Source: a virus (Duplodnaviria > Heunggongvirae > Uroviricota > Caudoviricetes). From it: 42,907 nucleotides of DNA. The stretch's first letter is position 1; every line of letters begins with the position of its first letter. The notes beneath the pieces were generated by a model. The model did not search any database and was not told the origin of the DNA. It saw only the letters and a program-made list of their open reading frames with translations. Below, piece after piece: positions 35,781 to 42,907 of the stretch. The translations under genes were made by a program, and so were the position numbers. The DNA lies in IMG/VR virus record IMGVR_UViG_3300017747_005082, positions 137,618-180,524 of that record; one strand, written 5' to 3'.

Positions 35781-36646
35781 TATTCTACTCTAGAACCAGT
35801 TGACCATTCAGCATAAATAATATTTAATTCTCCAGTAGCATATGTAGTACTTCCTAATAAAACCCATCCAGAGGGAAATGTAGGAATAGTACCATTATTA
35901 TGATATATTTTTTGAACAATTCCTAATATAGAACCTGTTAAATTATTTGTAATACTTGAAGTTGTTGGAGATGTAGGTGTATTATATATTTTAGGGGAAA
36001 CAAAATCAATTAATGATCCTGTTGCAAATATGGTTTTATCTTGTTTTAATAATAAACCTGCATTTATAATATTAATTGAAGATGTTGCATTACCTATACT
36101 ACTTGATAAATTATTTAAATTTGTCTGTAAACCACTTATAGTAGCTATACTTTGGGTTCCTGTATGATTTATTCTATCTAAATAATATAAACCATGTTGT
36201 CCATCTAATAAATCAGCATTAGAAGATGAAATAGAAAATGAAGAACTTAAAGAAATATTTGAATAAGATGAAGTCCCATATAAAGAACCTGTAATTCCAT
36301 TAGTTACAATTAAAGAACCAGTAATTATCTGATTTCCTGTAAAATTATTAGAACCAGTAGTAGCTAAATTATCAGGTATAGTCCCACCTCCATATGATTT
36401 AAAAATAACTCCATTAATATAACTACTTAATTGTTCTATAGAAATAAATGGATCATCCTTAAAATCAACAAATTCAGAATAAGCCATAAACCTATCAAAT
36501 ATAGTATCTTGGGTATATTTATTTTTTAAATTAATTCCATCATTTATACTTGATAAATTACTATATTCAACATAATAATCTCCTCTAATATAAGTAAATT
36601 CTCCAATTTTAAATAAATAGTCACTTATTTCTGTTATTTTTATCAT
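35759..36646 (-). CDS. tail fibre-like protein
   Basis: Fibre-type motifs TGSNNFTGNQIITGSL, ADLLDG and RINHTGTQ. Confidence 0.65.
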   Translation of the reverse strand: MIKITEISDYLFKIGEFTYIRGDYYVEYSNLSSINDGINLKNKYTQDTIFDRFMAYSEFVDFKDDPFISIEQLSSYINGVIFKSYGGGTIPDNLATTGSNNFTGNQIITGSLIVTNGITGSLYGTSSYSNISLSSSFSISSSNADLLDGQHGLYYLDRINHTGTQSIATISGLQTNLNNLSSSIGNATSSINIINAGLLLKQDKTIFATGSLIDFVSPKIYNTPTSPTTSSITNNLTGSILGIVQKIYHNNGTIPTFPSGWVLLGSTTYATGELNIIYAEWSTGSRVEYWITQEN

Positions 36647-37521
36647 TAATTAGATTCTTTAATTATTACCTTTGTTACATTATAAGATTTTAATGTTGGT
36701 GAAGCTATATCTACATTAATAGCTTTAGGTATAATATAACCATTAACTATTAAAGTTAAATCAGAACGAGAGGCTCTATCAGCACCACTTTCTACTATAA
36801 CAGGAGTAGGATATGATGTTATACTTGATTTAAATAAAAATCTTTCCTTATCCCCCCAATATGAATCAGAAGCAAATTCAAATGATTCTATTAATGAATT
36901 CATATGTTCTACATAATCAGTATATATAGTTAGTTTATATGTTATTGTAATATAATCAGGAATAATACCTATTTGATATTCTTGAGCAGGTTTAATATTG
37001 TTTATTACTGAAAAGTTATCATATATATTTCTTTTAGAGTATCCTGTTTTAAAATATTGCACATTGTTAACCTTATTACCATCTAATTTATTTCCAATAC
37101 TTCTATTTTTTTCAAATGATTCTCGTTTTAGAATTATTAAAGGTATTTGGGCCTTATTATTTTTATCGCGATAAAAACCGTCTTTTTGAATAGACTTCCA
37201 TCTTTCAGGGGATCCGTAGATAATAGGAACTTCTCGTTGATTACCGTTGATCTCTACGGTAGGTTTAATAGTATTCTTAATATAATACAATATAGTATCA
37301 TCATGATTCTCTAAAGAAATTTTTATTTCCTTGGTGGTATCACCTTTTAGAGAAATTTCATGTGCTCTATTAAAATCAGGTTTTCCAGGTTCTGTAGCTT
37401 CAGGATGTTCTTTTTTATTAGAATAGGGCTGTAAGTCTTGCTCTGGAATATTATATGATTCTTGTAAGTTATTTAAAAACTTCTCTTTATTAATTGGAGT
37501 AGGTTTATTATTTTTTGGCAT
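36646..37521 (-). CDS. tail terminator/sheath stabiliser (T4 gp15-like)
   Basis: VPIIYGSPERWK, PDYITITY-x-L-x-IYTDY-x-EHMNSLIE; follows the neck genes. Confidence 0.75.
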   Translation of the reverse strand: MPKNNKPTPINKEKFLNNLQESYNIPEQDLQPYSNKKEHPEATEPGKPDFNRAHEISLKGDTTKEIKISLENHDDTILYYIKNTIKPTVEINGNQREVPIIYGSPERWKSIQKDGFYRDKNNKAQIPLIILKRESFEKNRSIGNKLDGNKVNNVQYFKTGYSKRNIYDNFSVINNIKPAQEYQIGIIPDYITITYKLTIYTDYVEHMNSLIESFEFASDSYWGDKERFLFKSSITSYPTPVIVESGADRASRSDLTLIVNGYIIPKAINVDIASPTLKSYNVTKVIIKESN

Positions 37522-37817
37522 TATTTTTGAACAGTTCTAGAAAATTTATTTCTTATTGTTTTTAAATCTTTAATTAATTGTATTAATTTAGGTCTTGAAT
37601 GGAAATCTTTTGTTTGAACTTTTTCAAATTTGGAAATTAAATCACTTAAATTTTTATATATTTCCTCATCTCCAATATCTTTTTTTACACTCCAAGTTAC
37701 AGATTGAGTTTCAGGATCAATATCAGTTACAGTAGTTTTTCTTCCTCCTTTTTCCGATGTTTGTCCTATTTTAAAATCCCTTACATCTTCTCCTAATAAT
37801 TTTCTTAAAATTCCCAT
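37521..37817 (-). CDS. hypothetical protein, possible internal head protein
   Basis: 98 aa; N-terminal LRKLLGE. Confidence 0.6.
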   Translation of the reverse strand: MGILRKLLGEDVRDFKIGQTSEKGGRKTTVTDIDPETQSVTWSVKKDIGDEEIYKNLSDLISKFEKVQTKDFHSRPKLIQLIKDLKTIRNKFSRTVQK

Positions 37818-37818
37818 A

Positions 37819-38319
37819 TTATATTCTTGTTTCTCTTATCCCAAGTTTCTCTTCTCGAGTATAGTGGGCTGTTACTATTATAGACCAAGATGCTCCTGTA
37901 TCCTCTACCCCATCTCCATCTTTATATGCATATTCTAAATCTCTACCTGTTATTAATTGATTTTCATCTACATTATCAATTTCAAAATATTCTTCATTCC
38001 ATAACATTATATCACCTATCATAGGAACTACTCCAGCAACTTTAAGATGATATTTTAAGAACCTTACTACTAATGGTCTAAATCTATCTTGACCTTCTTC
38101 TCCATCTTTTGTAGAATAATTTCCTCTTTCAATTAAACAGTTAATTAAAACAGGTCCACTGAAAGTTTTATGTAAAGATTCACCATAAATATTTGTATCG
38201 GTTTCTTCTATATTACAAGAATAATACCCTACTTTTTGTTCAATTACTTGTCCAACAAGCTCTTTGTTAATATTTAACATAAAATCTACATCCCTACTAC
38301 GTGCGAAAAATGCTGCCAT
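37819..38319 (-). CDS. head completion/neck protein (T4 gp14-like)
   Basis: TNIYGES, P[18 protein letters not shown]; follows the gp13-like gene. Confidence 0.75.
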   Translation of the reverse strand: MAAFFARSRDVDFMLNINKELVGQVIEQKVGYYSCNIEETDTNIYGESLHKTFSGPVLINCLIERGNYSTKDGEEGQDRFRPLVVRFLKYHLKVAGVVPMIGDIMLWNEEYFEIDNVDENQLITGRDLEYAYKDGDGVEDTGASWSIIVTAHYTREEKLGIRETRI

Positions 38320-38340
38320 TATCTAATTCTTTATATTCTA

Positions 38341-39510
38341 TTATCCTATATATATCATCATTGGAAATCCTTGGATAATATTTTGCATTGATTGATTTTC
38401 ATCACTTCTTCTCTGTAATTGAGATTTACGAGAAGTTTCTTCTAAATCATTTCTCAATTTATCAATTAATGCTACTTTTTCTCTATCTGAAGTTGCTAAT
38501 AAATCTGATTGATTTAATGTTATTATATCTCCTGGTATATTAATAGAGGTATATTTTCCTCTAATAAATGCTAATAATTCTTTGGCTAAGGCTAAAGTGT
38601 ATTCAAATATCCAATATCTTCCAGGTCCATTTATTTGTGTATATATCGGATTTTTATATGGTACGTTAGAAATATTCGTTACTAATCCGTCTCCTGCTGT
38701 AGATGAACCACTAGGATATGTTACATAATTTTTTTCACTATTTTTAACATATCTAAAATGTAGTGGATAGTCTCTTGTAGGTATTGGGAATATTTTTAAA
38801 TGGTTGTTTATAATTTCAAATGAAAATCCTGATTTTCTAATCATATCATTCATTTCAATAGCCTGTAATACAGATACATCAAAATTTAGTGGCATTAACA
38901 TAAAATTAATAGCAGGAGATTGAGTACCAAATCCAAAAGAATCTAATAATTGTTGCGTACCATATCCTGTTCCTGCATATGGATCAAAATATCTAAGTAT
39001 AGCAGGAATATTTTCATAAAATACTTGTTTAATTTCAATGCTATCTCCAGGTAATAATGAAGCTGAAGATGAAGCCCATAAAGTTAAATCATAATCTTGT
39101 AATCCTGCAGTTAAGTTAATTGTACCACTATAAAAAGTAACATTACCACCAACTCCAACTTCTGAACCATAATCAGATGCTATTCTTATTATATTAGATA
39201 TACTAGGGTTAATAACTGAATTATTAATTATTGAACTCGTAGATGAAGCCTCTAGTGATAAATAGTTATTTCTTATTTGATAAAGGTATACTTCATTCCC
39301 ATATGTAGTTACTGCTTCTTCAAAACAAGCAAAAAATTGGTCAGCATTCATTTCAACATCCATAGAAGGATACCCTAAACGAGTAGCACAAAAACGTGCT
39401 ACTTTTAGGGCGTCCATTTGGAACAGAGCATCTGAATCGTAAAATCCAAATGGTGTTGAAGTTCCTGATATAAATTGTGGGTTATTATCCCAAACTACTG
39501 ATGATGCCAT
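38341..39510 (-). CDS. neck/adaptor protein (T4 gp13-like)
   Basis: RLGYPSMDVEM-x-x-DQ-x-x-ACFEEA, WIFEYTLALAKELL-x-x-IRGKY, IPGD-x-x-TLN. Confidence 0.85.
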   Translation of the reverse strand: MASSVVWDNNPQFISGTSTPFGFYDSDALFQMDALKVARFCATRLGYPSMDVEMNADQFFACFEEAVTTYGNEVYLYQIRNNYLSLEASSTSSIINNSVINPSISNIIRIASDYGSEVGVGGNVTFYSGTINLTAGLQDYDLTLWASSSASLLPGDSIEIKQVFYENIPAILRYFDPYAGTGYGTQQLLDSFGFGTQSPAINFMLMPLNFDVSVLQAIEMNDMIRKSGFSFEIINNHLKIFPIPTRDYPLHFRYVKNSEKNYVTYPSGSSTAGDGLVTNISNVPYKNPIYTQINGPGRYWIFEYTLALAKELLAFIRGKYTSINIPGDIITLNQSDLLATSDREKVALIDKLRNDLEETSRKSQLQRRSDENQSMQNIIQGFPMMIYIG

Positions 39511-40197
39511 TATTTTTATATTTAAATATATATCCTCCAGACGTTTTATTTTGTCCAGATAAACATTTATATATTGTTTTTATTTTTGTTATTTCTATAG
39601 CTTCTTTTATAGAGCTGTATTCTTGAATAAATATATTATCTGTAGAGTATTGTATGATTTTATTTTTACCTCTAAGTAGGTTATTTATTTCTATAGTAAA
39701 ATAATTATCTTTTTTATATTTAAATATGTAATTACCAACATAATTAATTATTCCATTTACATTAAATGAAATCCCTGTTATTTTTAATTGTTGCTCTGCT
39801 TCTTTTATAGAAGGCCATTCTCTTATAAAATTACCATCCAAATCATATTGGAAGATAGGTTTCATTAAAGATTTGGATTTTTTATTTCTGGTTTCTAATG
39901 ATGTTATTCTAGATAATTTATCTGTCTTAGTTAAAATACAATTTAAACCATTAGAACCTATTACATCATAATAATCTTGCCAATACGCTCTCTAATATTT
40001 AATTCTTCCCAATTACATTCTTCAATAATTTCAAAAATATGATTTTTAAAGCCATGTTTTTTTAAGGAATTATATAATTTAATTTGATTACGACAATGAT
40101 TTAATTTATAATACCTCTTCCAACGATCTGTAATATTAGTTGATTGACCTATATAAATTTTATTAGTTGGAGAAGTAATTTTATAAATACCTATCAT
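39485..40197 (-). pseudogene. GIY-YIG/NUMOD1 homing endonuclease split by a 1-nt frameshift
   Basis: The 5' ORF MIGIYKITSPTNKIYIGQS ends early. A frame change near 39984 continues YWQDYYDVIGSNGLNC...MKPIFQYDLDG with no stop into two NUMOD1-like repeats. Confidence 0.85.
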
Positions 40198-40219
40198 TAT
40201 CGTAATTATATTTTATAGC

Positions 40220-40227
40220 TATAAATA
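40220..40227 (-). promoter_or_regulatory. TATTTATA promoter-like motif
   Basis: 22 nt upstream of the GIY-YIG ATG. Confidence 0.6.
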
Positions 40228-40229
40228 TA

Positions 40230-40916
40230 TTAGTCTCTGAATTCTTCGTATATTTTTAGAATATCTTCAACAGCTTCATGTCTATGATTTTTCTTTAATG
40301 TAATAACTTTAACGTATTTTGATTTTTCTTCTAATCTATTAAAAAAGGAGATTCCCGAATCTTTTTTACTTTTTAAATCAACTTGCGATAAATCTCCACA
40401 AAAAGTCATCTTTCCTCCCTTACCTAATCTACCTAATATCATTTCTGTTTGAGCATGAGTAATGTTTTGACATTCATCTACAACAACGAATGAATTAGGG
40501 AATGTTCTTCCTCTCATAAAGGCGAATGGAACTATTTCAATTATTCCGTCATTAATTAATTTTTCTATTTTTTCTTTATCATATAAAATATGTAAATTAG
40601 CATAAATTGGAGCTAGCCAAGGATCCATTTTTTCTTTTAAATCTCCAGGTAAAAATCCTATATCTTCCTTTGATACAGTTGGTCTAGTAATTATTAACTT
40701 TTCCATATCCTTTTTAAAAATCAAATCTAAAGCAATTTGGCAAGCAAGTAATGTTTTTCCTGATCCAGCCATTCCTTTTATTAAAGTTACAGGAGTATCT
40801 AGTATTACTTTTTTAGCTTCCTTTTGTTCTTCATTCAATGGAATTTTAAATCTAATTTCTCCCTTTGGCTTTGATTGTTGTACATGAATAGGATCTGTGT
40901 GTGGTTTTGATGACAT
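40230..40916 (-). CDS. phoH: PhoH-family ATPase
   Basis: GMAGSGKT, IITRP, IGFLPGD-x-x-EK, AFMRGRTF, VDECQN, GDLSQVDL. Confidence 0.95.
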   Translation of the reverse strand: MSSKPHTDPIHVQQSKPKGEIRFKIPLNEEQKEAKKVILDTPVTLIKGMAGSGKTLLACQIALDLIFKKDMEKLIITRPTVSKEDIGFLPGDLKEKMDPWLAPIYANLHILYDKEKIEKLINDGIIEIVPFAFMRGRTFPNSFVVVDECQNITHAQTEMILGRLGKGGKMTFCGDLSQVDLKSKKDSGISFFNRLEEKSKYVKVITLKKNHRHEAVEDILKIYEEFRD

Positions 40917-40938
40917 AATTTTAAATTAATTAATTTAA

Positions 40939-40946
40939 TATAAATA
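40939..40946 (-). promoter_or_regulatory. TATTTATA promoter-like motif
   Basis: 22 nt upstream of the phoH ATG. Confidence 0.6.
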
Positions 40947-40978
40947 TTATAATATGAATTATTATATTCATAAAATAC

Positions 40979-41005
40979 AAAAAGGGCTTGGATAAACCAA
41001 GCCCT
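40979..41005 (-). terminator. intrinsic terminator after the major capsid gene
   Basis: AGGGCTTGG-TTTAT-CCAAGCCCT then TTTTGTATTTT. Confidence 0.9.
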
Positions 41006-41030
41006 CTTAAAGGATCTATATATTTTACTC

Positions 41031-42677
41031 TTAGATTGAATCTAAATCAGCAACAACAATTTTTGCGTAAAACTCTGGTCTTACCATTTTCTTAGCGTAT
41101 CTTGTCATTATACCTTTTCTTGGAGTAAATGTTTCTGGATCGTACACTAATGGAGTAGTCATTACAGGAATATATGGAGCATAAACCGCACCTGTTTCTA
41201 GGAATTGGTTACCTCTGAATCCCATTAAAATGATATTCTCTGTCATATATGGATTTTTGTATACTTTATAACGAGAATTAATCATACCTACTTTTTGTAC
41301 ACCAAATGCATATGACATTTTAGCTGCATCTCCATCTGTATCTGCAGCAAATCCAGGAATTGATTCTAATACAGTAGCTACTGTTGGAGAAACAACCATG
41401 AAATTAGCTCCACCTCTTAAAGTCTTTTGGTGAATAGCATTTGAGATTTTTTGCATTTTAATACCCAATGTTTGGAACCAAGACATTTTAGTATAATATA
41501 AACCAGCATTATTTACGTTAGTAAACGCACCATTAGTGAAATCTTGACCTACTTTTGCTGACCAATATTCTGTTGTAGGAGCATTTTGGATTAACATATC
41601 TAATATCTCCATATCAATCTCTAATGAGATATATTCTGACATTAAACTTGTAACTTCTGCTTCTGCATCAATTGATTGGAATGCATTAAGATCTTGAGAG
41701 AATTCTGGTGTCCAGCTTGCTTTTAATTTTTTAGTTTTAGCAGCAATTGTATCAGATTTCATTTGAATATTGAATTCTGGAATTACGATATCTGTTGCTG
41801 AAGCAGCATTAGGAATCGAGAATGTACCAGCTGTTGAATCTTCAAAATCACCTCTGTTATTATCTTTAGTTTGTTTATTATACAATACTGAAGCTGCTGT
41901 TAATGTTGGAGCAGAACCAGTATAATAGAAATCTACAGTACCTGCTGCTGTTAATCTTGTGAAGTTTTGTAATAAATTAGCTGGATTAACACCTGAACCT
42001 GATACTACAAACGCTCTAACACCATTAACATCAAAAGCACTTAATGAAGAAGTTGCTACTGAAATTTTATAAATTCCTCCAGCTGCGATTGAAGCAGATA
42101 AAGATGAATCGTAATTAACATCTGCTAATGTAAGTGATGATGATGCAGTTGTACCTGAGAATACTCCTGATGCAGAAACTACTGCAAATTGGTTTGTTGA
42201 GTATCCAAATCTACCAGCTCCATATAAACCACCTGTTGCATCGTTAGAGAAGATATTATTTTGGCTATTTTTACCATATAATGAATCACCTGCTGCGAAA
42301 GGAGCTTTAGTGTTACCATATTGGAAATCTAAGAAGAAGATTAAACCTGCTGGTAATGACATTGGTTGAACAGAAACGAATTCTTTAGCAGCAATTTGAC
42401 CAAATACTTTACGTACTAATGGTAATGCTACTGCAGCGTATTGTTCACCTGCACCTGCTGTAAAAGTTGCTCCTCCTTGGTTTGTTGTATTACTTTCTAA
42501 TACTAACTGTTTTGCTTGATTTTCTAATAGTTGGGCCATATGAGCCTTTTCTGTATCATTTTCGATACCTTGTAAAAGACCTGATCTTTTCCATTTGTTT
42601 GCTAATTTCAAAGCTCCAGTTAATTGGGCTTCATATGGATTAGCGCTTTCTAATAATTGTGATACTATTTTTGACAT
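41031..42677 (-). CDS. major capsid protein (T4 gp23-like)
   Basis: LLENQ, LPLVRKVF, VSVQPMSLPAGLIFFLDFQY, AKTKKLKASWTPE-x-x-QDL-x-A, EIDMEIL, YAPYIP, DPETFTPRKGIMTRY. Confidence 0.96.
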   Translation of the reverse strand: MSKIVSQLLESANPYEAQLTGALKLANKWKRSGLLQGIENDTEKAHMAQLLENQAKQLVLESNTTNQGGATFTAGAGEQYAAVALPLVRKVFGQIAAKEFVSVQPMSLPAGLIFFLDFQYGNTKAPFAAGDSLYGKNSQNNIFSNDATGGLYGAGRFGYSTNQFAVVSASGVFSGTTASSSLTLADVNYDSSLSASIAAGGIYKISVATSSLSAFDVNGVRAFVVSGSGVNPANLLQNFTRLTAAGTVDFYYTGSAPTLTAASVLYNKQTKDNNRGDFEDSTAGTFSIPNAASATDIVIPEFNIQMKSDTIAAKTKKLKASWTPEFSQDLNAFQSIDAEAEVTSLMSEYISLEIDMEILDMLIQNAPTTEYWSAKVGQDFTNGAFTNVNNAGLYYTKMSWFQTLGIKMQKISNAIHQKTLRGGANFMVVSPTVATVLESIPGFAADTDGDAAKMSYAFGVQKVGMINSRYKVYKNPYMTENIILMGFRGNQFLETGAVYAPYIPVMTTPLVYDPETFTPRKGIMTRYAKKMVRPEFYAKIVVADLDSI

Positions 42678-42687
42678 TTTTAATTAT

Positions 42688-42907
42688 TTAAATAATTCCT
42701 GCTAATTTTTGCATTCTACTTACAAAATTAACTTCTTCTGTTAATATTTCTGGTTTTTGTGTTTGGTTTGTATTTCCACCTAATGCTTTAGATGCTCTAC
42801 CTTTATTTTCTATTAATGGTTTTGTTGGAGCAGTAATTAAAGATTCTTTTAATGTTAAGAAAATATTTTCTGTTTCTTTAACTGTTTTTGCTCTATCAAA
42901 AGCATTA
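42688..42907 (-). CDS. prohead scaffold/core protein, C-terminal part (5' end outside the window)
   Basis: Manual translation ...AFDRAKTVKETENIFLTLKES...EEVNFVSRMQKLAGII*; the RMQKLAGI terminus and position just before the MCP are typical of scaffolds. Confidence 0.75.
   Translation of the reverse strand, partial: NAFDRAKTVKETENIFLTLKESLITAPTKPLIENKGRASKALGGNTNQTQKPEILTEEVNFVSRMQKLAGII

Noticed and set aside
1-42907. Stop-codon reassignment, introns/inteins, tRNA genes, CRISPR arrays
   Set aside because: Long genes are intact in the standard code and TAA, TAG and TGA all serve as stops. nrdA/B, thyX, helicase and MCP have ordinary lengths. By eye, the short gaps show no cloverleaf or repeat-spacer array.

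Overview
A roughly 43 kb, very AT-rich segment (about 25-30% GC by eye) of a large T4-like contractile-tailed phage. Every credible gene is on the minus strand. The host is probably Bacteroidota/Flavobacteriia, inferred from the absence of Shine-Dalgarno motifs, a eukaryote-like class Ia RNR and the QueC type. In transcription order (right to left) it holds: scaffold C-terminus; gp23-like major capsid; PhoH; a frameshift-broken GIY-YIG/NUMOD1 homing endonuclease; neck and tail-terminator genes; tail fibre genes; sheath; tube; a tail-chaperone pair; tape measure; baseplate genes including a hub-like protein with a GH19 domain; a replication block (minimal PolA, gp32-like SSB, RecA-like, 5'-3' exonuclease, DnaB/gp41 helicase, NrdB/NrdA); a lysis cassette; and a 7-deazaguanine cluster. 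That cluster has queD, a TGT/DpdA-like gene, queC, folE and a queE running off the left edge, interleaved with thyX, an Nmad1/MazG-like gene and an Acb1-like 2H phosphoesterase. Top leads: (1) an apparent +1/-2 frameshift at a T7 run fusing the two tail-chaperone ORFs; (2) the deazaguanine system, with Cys-less QueC, CX3CX7C QueE, a divergent transglycosylase, a putative NTP pyrophosphatase and an altered PolA, possibly acting on the nucleotide pool; (3) a motif 15-24 nt upstream of 11 genes that is the reverse complement of the T4 late promoter, often just after an intrinsic terminator; (4) a 17-bp palindromic direct repeat flanking the lysis cassette. All family assignments come from motif recognition by eye; no searches were run.
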